64,000 bases of DNA, taken from a virus. Made by a program: the position numbers and the translations under genes. The first letter of the stretch is position 1. Each line of letters begins with the position of its first letter. The notes beneath the pieces were generated by a model that was not told the origin of the DNA, made no database searches, and saw only the letters and a list, made by a program, of their open reading frames with translations. Positions 40,619 to 49,454 of the stretch are shown here, piece by piece. The DNA lies in IMG/VR virus record IMGVR_UViG_3300021399_000004, positions 1 to 64,000 of that record. The stretch is one strand, 5' to 3'.

Positions 40619-43261
40619 TTATGATGGTAGTTCATTTACTGCTCCAACAAGTTTATCAATAAAATCTAGGAAACCAGCAGCAAAGGTTATATTAATAGAT
40701 ACTTCACTGCTGGCTTTTCTCCCAATGAAATTCCAATCAGATGGCGTCGCAAAGGTTTGTACTCCATCATTTCCCGCCCAACTTCTTGGAGTATGATTTT
40801 CAATGGTAGCTTGAATTCTTTGATCAGTAGGAATACCTTCAGTTTTGTGAATCATCTGATCTATATATTCTTTAGTCTAAAAAATTAAATATGACTATGG
40901 GACTAATACACCATTTAATTCATATAGATGTAAAAATTTTGGATCTCCAGCTTCTTCTACCTTAGATAATATTCTTTTAACCTCTGCCCCGCTGTCATTG
41001 AATAGTAGGACACTAGCTATCGCGGAAAAAATATTTTCCAAGTGCGACCGTTCTTTCTCAGCAACCAATCCAGGAGCCGCATTGCAAACCATGGTTGTTA
41101 ATATTTTTACATCAGGTAATGTTATTCCTCCAGCTTTTGCCATGAATGCGATATTTTCTAATTGTCGATTAATAGTACTGCCGAGTGTTCCGCCATGAAA
41201 ACCCATATCTTTAGAAAAATATGCATGATAATTTTTAACTGTTTCACTGATTTGAATATAATTCTTTAAGGTACTTATAGCTTTTTGATCGTCTTTGATT
41301 GAAATAATAGCTTTTTGATCTTCCTTATAAAAATAAATATTAGAAAAAGTTAATGACCCTAGATTCCATGCTTTGTCTATTTCACGCTCTACGACGGTTT
41401 GAAGGCGGTCTAATGCTCCCTCTGTTTGTTTTAGATCTGCCTCTGCGAGCATTGAATTTACTCTAACACCAGCCTCATCTCGAATGGCTCTAGCTTGTTT
41501 GAGTATTGTCCGAGAGCTTCTACGCAATTTTGGGTCTTTTTGATTAGCTTTGCTAGCAGTCATAGTCTAAATTCTAATAATTTCTGGCAAAGAATGGCTC
41601 ATTGCTTTTTCTAATTCTTCAGCTGCCTTATTTGGTGTTCCAATAAATTCTCCAATCACTATATCGGATTTTGTAGAAGTACCACTAGATAAACCAGTTA
41701 AATTATCAATACAACATTTTTTTAAGTCTCTCTAAGGTAGCATTTCAATTAAGCTAGAAGCAGCAGATGATTCAGCAATAGCAGATGGGCGAAAATGAAA
41801 TTTGGCTTGATGTTGCGTGGATACTAAAATATCTTTAATATGTTGAATAATTTTTTCTCCATCTAATCGCCTGTTGGCTGTTTTACTGTCTGAGAAAATC
41901 GTAGTAATAATATCTAATACTTTACTACGTGCATTTTTTTCTGCATCTTGGATAATTTTGTCTAGCTTTTCTTTTTGTTTTTCGCTTAAATTTTGATAAT
42001 TATTTTTAATCCACTATTCACAAGCTAAAAAAACTTCTGAAGCTATTCGTGTTAATCCTCGGATAGTTGTTCTGGCCTCTGTATTCCCTACGCTAAGGTT
42101 TTGAGGCAGGTCTTCAATTTTATATAGCTACATTAATCGTTCAACTTCACGATCATTTTCGTCAGCTTGCAGCTAATAAAAACGGGTTAATTGTCTATTA
42201 AAATTAGATGTTTCAGACGTCGCAAATACATCTCTAGTTAATTCTACATCCGTTGCATGATTATTTGTCTCTACTCGTGCATCTATTGTATGCCGCAAAG
42301 CACTAATAAACTGTTCTATTATCTAATTAACCTCTGATTCATCTAACGCGGCATTAGAAGATAAATATGGATTTTTAGCATAAGCGAAGATTGCTGAACG
42401 ATTAATTCTCATAAAATTTTCTAATAAAAAGGGTAACATCGTCATGTCAATATCTATATCTTTTGGCCGGCCTTTTAATAAAAGTTCTTTAATTGTATTA
42501 TTAAAACTTCTATCAGTCATAATTTTATCATAGCATAACTGCAATGCTTTTGCACAATGAGCAGCTAACGTTTCTGTTGCTTCTTGTATTGCTTGTAAAT
42601 CTTTTTTTTCTTTGTCAGACGTTGTTTTTCTTAGTAACTTAGATTCAATAAAGCCTTCCCAAGCCTAGTCTTGTTTATCATTATTCATTTCTCTCATGTT
42701 CTTGCTGCGACTACGCTATAAGGTAGCCCTATTATGGTGTTCAGCCCATTTATTGGCATAGATAGATATGCTACGTTGACTTAAGTTCTCAAATTCCTCT
42801 CTCTATTTTTGTATAATACGTAAGCGTTTTTGCTCTACGTCTAATAAAAATTTTAAATCATTAGTACTCTATGAATTGAGCTAATTAATCAATGCTATAA
42901 AAGGAAAAAAATTTTTGTTATGATATGCTTCATCAAGCGCTGATTCTAATTTAGTTTTAGTTTGACTGCCAAAATTATTATTATTTGAAATTTGTGTTGA
43001 AAAAAATAAATTTTCACTGTTAAGTGATCGCTTATACATGCGATTTAAAAAATTAAGAATTTCTTGATATACAGCGGTTAAATCTTTCCTTCTGCCCTTG
43101 TCACTAGTATGATAAGCAAGTCCAGCTTTTGCTTCTGTCCATAAATCCTAACCATATGTTTGTAATGAAGAAAAATATAAATATCTTTTACCTGGCTGAA
43201 ACTGAGATAACGGATAGCCAACACCATAGTATTCATTGCCAGGATGTCCTTCTATTGCCAT
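40619..43261 (-). CDS. large hypothetical protein (~880 aa, about 14 in-frame TAG)
   Basis: Track fragments 40619..40855, 40895..41563 and 42323..42544 share one frame. The hand-checked junctions contain only TAG. ATG at 43261 follows a terminator. Confidence 0.55.
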
Positions 43262-43278
43262 CCCCTCACCCCCTAAAA

Positions 43279-43316
43279 TAAAAAAATACGCCCCTCAGGG
43301 CAAAACCTGAGGGGCC
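43279..43316 (-). terminator. intrinsic terminator
   Basis: GCCCCUCAGG-6 nt-CCUGAGGGGC followed by GUAUUUUUUUAUUUU. Confidence 0.8.
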
Positions 43317-43415
43317 TTATACTTCATCTAACCTATTCGCGCTAATAAGCGCTGTCAAAAATATCCCAAAAATTGCTCCAAGCGCAAAGATCACTAAACA
43401 TCCCCAAATACTCAT
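43317..43415 (-). CDS. small membrane protein
   Basis: 32-aa ORF MSIWGCLVIFALGAIFGIFLTALISANRLDEV with a single TM. Coupled by ATGA to the upstream ORF. Confidence 0.3.
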   Translation of the reverse strand: MSIWGCLVIFALGAIFGIFLTALISANRLDEV

Positions 43416-43552
43416 GCCGCATCATCTTCCTTTTGGAGCCGCCTAATCTGACGTTCAATTTTATTTACAATATTATAATTATATGGTCCTCGCGCCAGTA
43501 GTACCCTCTGCCTAGCACGAAGAATTTCAATCTTGGTTTCATTACTCATCAT
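43412..43552 (-). CDS. small basic hypothetical protein
   Basis: 46-aa ORF overlapping both neighbours. Confidence 0.25.
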   Translation of the reverse strand: MMSNETKIEILRARQRVLLARGPYNYNIVNKIERQIRRLQKEDDAA

Positions 43553-43637
43553 ACGGAAAATTTCCTCCATTATTTTTAAAATATAGAAAGACTAATGTAA
43601 TGAAAATTATGTATAATAGACCGATAATTATATCCAT
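43542..43637 (-). CDS. small membrane protein
   Basis: 31-aa ORF MDIIIGLLYIIFITLVFLYF... with a single TM. Confidence 0.25.
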   Translation of the reverse strand: MDIIIGLLYIIFITLVFLYFKNNGGNFPYDE

Positions 43638-43693
43638 ACCCCTCACCTTTATGTACCAAAAGAATTATTTATCTATGTTAAAATTAGCGCTGA

Positions 43694-44932
43694 TTAACTA
43701 TGATATTTCATCAAATATTCGGGTGAGACGCATTTAAATGATTTTACGCCATCGAGAGAACGGCATACGATGCCTTCCTTTAATTCTCCATTAATAACCG
43801 AAGGCTGGCTATTTACATACTCTCGAAGTTCTTCTACTGAATCAGGTAGAATATATGCTTCATTAAGAATTGGCACACATGGAACATTATATTTTTCTTC
43901 AAGAAGTTTCTTCATCTCACAACTGTTCCAGCGCCCTTTATCGGAAGTAATAAGGTTAAAAGCCATAAAATCATGACCTTTTAGCCCATAAGTATTGCGC
44001 TGGACTCCTTCTCCATAAGTTTCTCCCTGGATTGTAACCCATTTTGCAGAAGGAGTTTCTTTAAGGAACTGAGATAATACTTCAAACATATGGTATTTTT
44101 CAGCCATTTCTAAATAAATATTAGAGTCATAATAGCATTGTTTTTTATTTTCATTACCAAAACATACATTACGAGAGCAGACATAAAATTCTTTCTTATT
44201 AAATCTGCCACGTCTCATCGTGAAAGTAGTTGATGAACCATCACACTTCTCTGTTACAATCCAAGGACTTTTATCTTTGAGTGTCCAAATTTGGTTTTCA
44301 ATTCTTTCTTCGTCAGTCTTTTTTACCCACGCAGGCCAATTATTCTTCTTATCGCCTTTTCTCCCGAAAAGTAAAAACATTATCTTGCGGCCGCACTTAT
44401 ATTTCATAAGCCAACGCACAATTGGCTTCTTGAAAATCTTAGGATGCCGTTGCGCCATTTTCTTGTATTTATCTATAGATGGCGCTTTGCGCTGATTATC
44501 CTCTTCATCTGCATAAGTTACACCAAGCTGCTTAGTCAGGAAACGAGATTCGTTTTCTACATTATGGCTATGTCCTTCATTATCTATGATATAAGGAGTA
44601 TTATATCCTTCAATATTGAGCGCGGGCGCAACATGCCATCCAAAATCTTCTGCGCTCATTAGTAAGCCTTGCGACACAACTTTGCACATTTTAAGGGTCT
44701 TAATTTTATAATTGCGCTTTTCAAGGAAAGCAAAGCACTCTTTATTTGAAGGCACCTTAGAGTCAATCTCAAAGTAAATACCAGGGTCGCCTGGTTTAAA
44801 TTGATCCTTCTTAACTATAACGGCCCAACCGCCAACATGCGCCAATTCTACTCGATCATATCCTGTAATAGAGCTGATCGTATCAACAGTAACTATATAA
44901 CAAAGCTCTCTTTCGCCCGCGGAATTAAGCAT
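43694..44932 (-). CDS. ATP-dependent RNA ligase (DRB0094-like family)
   Basis: 412 aa with no TAG. Nucleotidyltransferase motif I VTEKCDGSS. The N-terminal domain GYDRVELAHVGGWAVIVKKDQFKPGD is typical of this RNA ligase family. Confidence 0.7.
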   Translation of the reverse strand: MLNSAGERELCYIVTVDTISSITGYDRVELAHVGGWAVIVKKDQFKPGDPGIYFEIDSKVPSNKECFAFLEKRNYKIKTLKMCKVVSQGLLMSAEDFGWHVAPALNIEGYNTPYIIDNEGHSHNVENESRFLTKQLGVTYADEEDNQRKAPSIDKYKKMAQRHPKIFKKPIVRWLMKYKCGRKIMFLLFGRKGDKKNNWPAWVKKTDEERIENQIWTLKDKSPWIVTEKCDGSSTTFTMRRGRFNKKEFYVCSRNVCFGNENKKQCYYDSNIYLEMAEKYHMFEVLSQFLKETPSAKWVTIQGETYGEGVQRNTYGLKGHDFMAFNLITSDKGRWNSCEMKKLLEEKYNVPCVPILNEAYILPDSVEELREYVNSQPSVINGELKEGIVCRSLDGVKSFKCVSPEYLMKYHS

Positions 44933-45164
44933 TTTTGTTTAACCTCCAATGAAAGAACTCATCATGACTACCAATGTCATAATGAATTTCTCCGTCACTT
45001 TCCCATGTACGAATGTAATGGGATTTAAAGTTTTTACCATCTCTACGCTTCTTATTACACTCATCTACAAACTTATTAATTTCTCTATATACCTGCTCTT
45101 GATTATCGCAATTTGCGATAACCTTACGCTCACCATAATGATTTTCAAAATAAAGCTCGCCCAT
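44925..45164 (-). CDS. hypothetical protein
   Basis: 79-aa track ORF. Confidence 0.45.
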   Translation of the reverse strand: MGELYFENHYGERKVIANCDNQEQVYREINKFVDECNKKRRDGKNFKSHYIRTWESDGEIHYDIGSHDEFFHWRLNKNA

Positions 45165-45165
45165 A

Positions 45166-46008
45166 TTACTTAATCTCCTTACAATAATATACGACAGTTT
45201 GCTTTACGCCTTCATATTCTCGATGCTCTTTAACTTTCATTCTCAAATTGTATACCTTATCTACTTCGAGGCTTTTTGATGAAGTAGACCAAACATAAAC
45301 ATTACCTTCATTATCTTCCATCACATGAAAATTAGAAGCTCCATAATAACCATCATTACGAATATTTTTCTTAATAGTGACTTCTTTTTCAAGCCAGTTA
45401 CCTACTTCGCCCTGATAATCACTAGTGCTTTCACCATACAATTTAGTATGGACATACCGCCGCACTTCATCGTTATCCCGCATAGTAAGTCCTTCAGGGT
45501 CATTATTATCCTTAACTTCATCCCACTGAAGAACAACCTTCTCTATTTCATCAGGAAGGTTCACAATCTCCATCCTGCTCGGGCAGAACCATCCAAAGAA
45601 AGTATTATATCGTGCACGGCAGGGCGAAGTCTCATGAGCCCAATCATCAAGGACTTTGCTGTCTCCACGGAAGATAGTAATGAATCCGGCTTCTCCAAAA
45701 CCGAAAGCATTTTTTGCCGCAAACTTAATTCTACGCTGCTCTACCTTAGCCTCTTTTGCGGCCTGACGCTTTTCTGCCGCTTTATCCATGGCAGCACGCT
45801 GGGCATCGGTATACCACCGCACTTCCATGTACTCATAGCCGCGGCCGCCACAACGGTAACAAGTAGTGTCGCCCTGCGCGTTCATTGAATAGTGTCCTGA
45901 ACCGCCGCACCGCTTGCAAGCTCCTTTTACTCGAACCCACATCTTCTTTTCGCGCTCAAAGGGTTCACCACAAATTTCCATGTTTTCATAGCTACGGGCA
46001 ACTGCCAT
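45166..46008 (-). CDS. hypothetical protein with DnaJ-type CxxCxGxG zinc finger
   Basis: 280 aa with CKRCGGSGHY and CYRCGGRGY. Confidence 0.5.
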   Translation of the reverse strand: MAVARSYENMEICGEPFEREKKMWVRVKGACKRCGGSGHYSMNAQGDTTCYRCGGRGYEYMEVRWYTDAQRAAMDKAAEKRQAAKEAKVEQRRIKFAAKNAFGFGEAGFITIFRGDSKVLDDWAHETSPCRARYNTFFGWFCPSRMEIVNLPDEIEKVVLQWDEVKDNNDPEGLTMRDNDEVRRYVHTKLYGESTSDYQGEVGNWLEKEVTIKKNIRNDGYYGASNFHVMEDNEGNVYVWSTSSKSLEVDKVYNLRMKVKEHREYEGVKQTVVYYCKEIK

Positions 46009-46042
46009 ACTTGTTACCTTCCTTTCTCAACCTTACATATAT

Positions 46043-46071
46043 ATTATAGCAAAAAATTAAAAAAAAGACAA
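46043..46071 (-). promoter_or_regulatory. promoter with weak -35 (TTGTCT-N17-TATAAT)
   Basis: attata at 46043-46048, agacaa at 46066-46071. The -35 overlaps the terminator stem. Confidence 0.45.
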
Positions 46072-46086
46072 GTTTTTCACTTGTCT
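46059..46086 (-). terminator. intrinsic terminator
   Basis: AGACAAGU-5 nt-ACUUGUCU followed by a run of U. Confidence 0.7.
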
Positions 46087-46097
46087 AAATTATTTAT

Positions 46098-46514
46098 TTA
46101 AACATACCAAACAATATACTGAAATGGCTGCTTCTTAATCCAATTCTTCGTAAAGGTCGAAACAGGATAATAACGATATTCACTATCAGAAACGTATGCA
46201 AGACCATCGTTCTTAGTTAGCTCTTCATCTTCCATCTTTTGTAGAAAATCATCTACAGTATAAAGAACTCCATTGGAAGGATCACGCTCCCAATCCTTTA
46301 GTTCTACACTATCAAAATATAGATGTTCATATGGGATTTGAGGCTCAAGAATCCCATCTACATTCATAATACTAAAAAATAGTCCTTCTGGCGTAAGCTT
46401 TACACCATTAGGGAGTAGCTCTCCAACGCGCCAACCACTATTATGCTTATATAGTACACGACGGCCAGCAAAAATCTTAGTTTCCATTTTTTCTCCTTTA
46501 TGCTCTAAATTCAT
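46098..46514 (-). CDS. hypothetical protein
   Basis: 138-aa track ORF followed by a terminator. Confidence 0.45.
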   Translation of the reverse strand: MNLEHKGEKMETKIFAGRRVLYKHNSGWRVGELLPNGVKLTPEGLFFSIMNVDGILEPQIPYEHLYFDSVELKDWERDPSNGVLYTVDDFLQKMEDEELTKNDGLAYVSDSEYRYYPVSTFTKNWIKKQPFQYIVWYV

Positions 46515-46749
46515 CTAGCCAATTAGGCATCATATCTTCTGGTTCAGTTACATTAATAAAATAAGTGTCGTCAGGATGATCTGCGGAAAAATACAAAACT
46601 CCAAATAATGAACGAGCATTTACTCGATGAGTTCCATCTTCAGATTCTAACATATATTTCGTTGATGTCCCATCACTATTAAGTAGCCTTACAAATTTTT
46701 CTGCGTCTGCCCCAGTTATAATACGAATTTTAGTTCTAAAATATCCCAT
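46498..46749 (-). CDS. hypothetical protein
   Basis: 83-aa track ORF. Confidence 0.45.
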   Translation of the reverse strand: MGYFRTKIRIITGADAEKFVRLLNSDGTSTKYMLESEDGTHRVNARSLFGVLYFSADHPDDTYFINVTEPEDMMPNWLDEFRA

Positions 46750-46955
46750 TATCCCTTCTCCACTGTTTCTCGAACTGCATCATCAGTAAGCGGTGATTCA
46801 AGTTCATACAGATAAATACTAAGAATATTATCTGCACCATAATACTTAATTAGTTCATCACAGGCGGCGGCGTAAGATGTTGCGCCAAGAATTCCCTTGT
46901 CACTGTTATCCTTATGTTCGACAGTATCAAAATATTCTACCTTGAAACGAAACAT
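46749..46955 (-). CDS. hypothetical protein
   Basis: 68-aa track ORF immediately downstream of tRNA-Gly. Confidence 0.45.
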   Translation of the reverse strand: MFRFKVEYFDTVEHKDNSDKGILGATSYAAACDELIKYYGADNILSIYLYELESPLTDDAVRETVEKG

Positions 46956-46983
46956 AATTTTGTTTTCTCCTTTTTAATTATTA

Positions 46984-47055
46984 AGCGCGATAACGGACTC
47001 GAACCGTCACGGAAACCTTGGAAGGGTTTAATGACTACCATTACATCAATCGCGC
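46984..47055 (-). tRNA. tRNA-Gly(UCC)
   Basis: Acceptor GCGCGAU/AUCGCGC, anticodon stem AAACC/GGUUU with loop CUUCCAA, T arm GACGG-UUCGAGU-CCGUU. Confidence 0.85.
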
Positions 47056-47245
47056 ATAGTATGCCTTATCTAACATACCTGTTGGCGCATACTACCGCAG
47101 CCGAAGCGTTCGTCGTTCACGAGACACTGGTTAGATTTTGAAGTATTAAGTAAGAAGTTCATCTATACTCACTTCTCCCTATCCAGCCGCCGGACTTCAA
47201 CCGACCCGTCACATCCTGTCAATTCAGGCTTTACTCGGCTTGAAG
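47056..47245 (-). ncRNA. structured spacer RNA between tRNA-Asn and tRNA-Gly (unknown)
   Basis: 190 nt with no credible ORF and GC-richer than coding DNA. Several hairpins (AGUAUGC/GCAUACU, GAAGU/ACUUC, a GCUUCGGC tetraloop) and a long-range CUGGAUAG/CUAACCAG helix. Confidence 0.3.
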
Positions 47246-47319
47246 CGCTCCCTGTAGGACTTGAACCTACGACCCATTGCTTAACAGGCAATTGCTGCTA
47301 CCGACTGAGCTAAAGGAGC
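47246..47319 (-). tRNA. tRNA-Asn(GUU)
   Basis: Acceptor GCUCCUU/AGGGAGC, anticodon stem AUUGC/GCAAU with loop CUGUUAA, T arm GUAGG-UUCAAGU-CCUAC, discriminator G. Confidence 0.8.
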
Positions 47320-47338
47320 ATTTCTTTTTTACAATATT

Positions 47339-47367
47339 ATTATACATAAAATTTTATAAAAAGTCAA
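47339..47367 (-). promoter_or_regulatory. promoter TTGACT-N17-TATAAT driving tRNA-Asn, spacer RNA and tRNA-Gly
   Basis: attata at 47339-47344, agtcaa at 47362-47367. Confidence 0.7.
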
Positions 47368-47705
47368 AACATACGCTCATTAATTTTTGTATAATTTTCT
47401 ATTGGAGCTTCAATACAATCATTGCAAAAAGGGTAAATCCAATTACGGCTTAACCACATTGCAGGTTTACCACATACAATACATGTATTAGCAGATTGAT
47501 CCTCATACTTATCTTCTATATCACGAATTGCATCTATTTTACAAGTACTAAAAACATCCATACGGCCCCATTTCTCTTTCATATATGTAACCGTATAAGT
47601 TGGATCAAGCTCTTCACATTCTTTAATCATTTGTCTAGCAAGTTGGTGCCATCCTTCTGGTAAATTATCTAGAAAATAATAATTATCCATATATCCCGCC
47701 ATCAC
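47364..47705 (-). CDS. hypothetical Cys-rich protein
   Basis: 113-aa track ORF inside the RNA island. Confidence 0.45.
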   Translation of the reverse strand: MMAGYMDNYYFLDNLPEGWHQLARQMIKECEELDPTYTVTYMKEKWGRMDVFSTCKIDAIRDIEDKYEDQSANTCIVCGKPAMWLSRNWIYPFCNDCIEAPIENYTKINERMF

Positions 47706-47731
47706 TTCAAATTCGCATTGTCCTTTTTAAA

Positions 47732-47870
47732 TCAAAGCGGATGAGGATTTGCACCTCACATATCAGAGCATTTCGGGCCGTTCGCTTCGCACATTTCTAA
47801 GGCTATACTCACGTTATAGCTATGCCGCCTCTGACTCCCCTTTAAGCGTCTACCTATTCCGCCACCACTT
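47732..47870 (-). ncRNA. Leu-type tRNA-like RNA A lacking an anticodon arm
   Basis: 7-bp acceptor AAAGUGG/CCGCUUU, Leu-type D arm UGGCGGAAUAGGUAGACGC and T arm GUGAGG-UGCAAAU-CCUCAU. These enclose an 83-nt domain closed by UCAGAG/CUCUGA that has no 7-nt U33 loop. Confidence 0.45.
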
Positions 47871-47983
47871 TAAGTCCGTTTTTAATTAGCAGACCAAGCC
47901 TTCTCCCAACAGTCTGCCATGAGCCACACCGTCCGTTATTTACAGCCACGCACTACGGCTTTGACAAGGTGGCTCGCCCCTTA

Positions 47984-48096
47984 ATTATGCGGGTGAGGAT
48001 TTGCACCTCACATGAGCCGCCATAATCCCCGTATGCCAACGGTTCGTCAACAGCTCTTTTGTTGGCTTCCAGCGTCTACCTATTCCGCCACCGCAT
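47984..48096 (-). ncRNA. Leu-type tRNA-like RNA B lacking an anticodon arm
   Basis: Same D arm and T arm as RNA A. Acceptor AAUGCGG/CCGCAUA has an A1xA72 mismatch. The central 57-nt domain is unrelated to that of RNA A and has no canonical anticodon hairpin. Confidence 0.45.
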
Positions 48097-48164
48097 TATG
48101 TAGTAACCCCGTGTTTATTCTTTTGAGCTTTCTGCATACTACTCTGACCAGCTCAATATTTGTG

Positions 48165-48313
48165 GTGTGCTATTACGCCAAATCTCATATTTCTATTATC
48201 TATCGGTACTTCATACTCGTAGGTCATTATAACAAATGTAGCCTACAATACATTTTGCGCCAATAGAGAAATTAAGAACTCCTTAGCTGAATGGCTGCCT
48301 CTAAGCCAACAGT
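48165..48313 (-). ncRNA. repeated structured RNA element X, copy 1
   Basis: Shares the blocks ACUGUNGGCUUAGARGCAGCCAU.CAGCUAAGGAG, GCAAAAUGUAUU and AUUUGGCGUAAUAGCACA with copy 2. Indels break every reading frame. Confidence 0.4.
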
Positions 48314-48402
48314 CCACAATAAATAAGTGGCTGAGGAGACTCTTGTGCGCTCATTTAATCATTTACATTAATCTGTCTAATGAACCACTTTAATTTATAG
48401 AA

Positions 48403-48942
48403 TTACGGCCATTCCCCAAGCGGCATACCAAGGCCAGCGCGCTCAACATTAGTATTAAAAAACACGCCATCAGTTGCAGGACCAGTCAAAAGCTCATCAG
48501 CAATAGTCTCATATAGAGTGCTAATTACACCATGGCAGTCATTTAGATTATCAGCCGCGAATTGCACTACGCAATTATTGAAAACAACATAAGTAGTACC
48601 AATCCACTGATACCCCTCTTCCGCAGGGCAAACAGAATACGCATAAGCAGGATTTCCCTTAAAAGCAGCATCAAATAGTTCAACCTTGCTCTTAAAAGCA
48701 CGGTTACTTGGTACACCATCTACTGCTACCTTTAGGGTAACATTACCAAAAGAAATTTCATCTGGTAGAATTTGCATTAGCGCGGCCACCTTGTCGCCGT
48801 TATTGCAAGCAAATACAATCGAAGGAGTGGAACCACCAAAATCACAGTTACATGCAATCTGAGGATCGCCATCAAATAGTGCTTCAAACTTACGAATTAC
48901 AATAGTCCAAGGAGGAAGAATCTTTAGCCTTGCATTACTCAT
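48403..48942 (-). CDS. hypothetical protein
   Basis: 179-aa track ORF inside the RNA island. Confidence 0.5.
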   Translation of the reverse strand: MSNARLKILPPWTIVIRKFEALFDGDPQIACNCDFGGSTPSIVFACNNGDKVAALMQILPDEISFGNVTLKVAVDGVPSNRAFKSKVELFDAAFKGNPAYAYSVCPAEEGYQWIGTTYVVFNNCVVQFAADNLNDCHGVISTLYETIADELLTGPATDGVFFNTNVERAGLGMPLGEWP

Positions 48943-48983
48943 ATTTTTAACCTCTCTATTCTCAATATACCCTTTCGGGTTAA

Positions 48984-49055
48984 TACCCCATATATGAGTT
49001 GAACATATATAACGTGCTTAGAAGGCACGGGCTCTCTCCGTTGAGCTAATGAGGC
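48984..49055 (-). tRNA. tRNA-Arg(UCU)
   Basis: Anticodon stem CGUGC/GCACG with loop CUUCUAA, D arm GCUC..GAGC, T arm AUAUG-UUCAACU-CAUAU. Confidence 0.8.
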
Positions 49056-49058
49056 ATA

Positions 49059-49131
49059 TGCCCGTGGTGGGAGTTGGACCCTACTTAACTCAGATTAAAA
49101 GTCTGATGCCTGGCCGTTAGGCTACACGAGC
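49059..49131 (-). tRNA. tRNA-Lys(UUU)
   Basis: Acceptor GCUCGUG/CACGGGC, anticodon stem UCAGA/UCUGA with loop CUUUUAA. The T arm is non-canonical (bulged stem, loop UCCAACU). Confidence 0.7.
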
Positions 49132-49137
49132 TTATGA

Positions 49138-49208
49138 CTGGGGTAGCAGGATTCGAACCTACGATGTTGGAGTCAAAGTCCAGAGCCTTACCACTTGGCG
49201 ATACCCCA
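49138..49208 (-). tRNA. tRNA-Gln(UUG)
   Basis: The 5' end UGGGGUAUCGCCAAG.GGUAAGGC resembles E. coli tRNA-Gln. Anticodon loop CUUUGAC, T arm GUAGG-UUCGAAU-CCUGC, discriminator G. Confidence 0.85.
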
Positions 49209-49223
49209 ATAACTTGACCGAAG

Positions 49224-49454
49224 TCAAGTATGATTAGAAACGTCAGATGCGTTAATAGTTATTTTATCGGCAGTAGTAGTAGTAACAACTGGATATGCTG
49301 TCGCCCACCACTCGCCAAGCCATCCTGAGCAATGTGAACAAAATGTCATAAAAGGAGAATTACTTCTGCCGCATTTAGGACAAATCCAACCAGTTGGTTC
49401 TTTTACATCAGGCTTTGGCCGCCAATTAGCACAATTTTCGCAAGTCTTTTCCAT
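49224..49454 (-). CDS. hypothetical zinc-ribbon protein
   Basis: 76 aa with CENC...CPKCG...CSHC. Confidence 0.45.
   Translation of the reverse strand: MEKTCENCANWRPKPDVKEPTGWICPKCGRSNSPFMTFCSHCSGWLGEWWATAYPVVTTTTADKITINASDVSNHT

Noticed and set aside
47056-47245. A third tRNA between tRNA-Asn and tRNA-Gly, suggested by UCGG-UUGAAGU-CCGG.
   Set aside because: The T-loop-like sequence has G at the invariant C56 position, and no matching acceptor or anticodon arms could be found.
48270-48340. Plus-strand tRNA-like fold in element X, with a CUCUAAG loop that could have been a second amber suppressor.
   Set aside because: The acceptor pairing (CTCCTTA/TGAGGAG) exists only in copy 1 and is absent from copy 2. 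There is no D or T arm, and the loop lacks a proper 5-bp stem.
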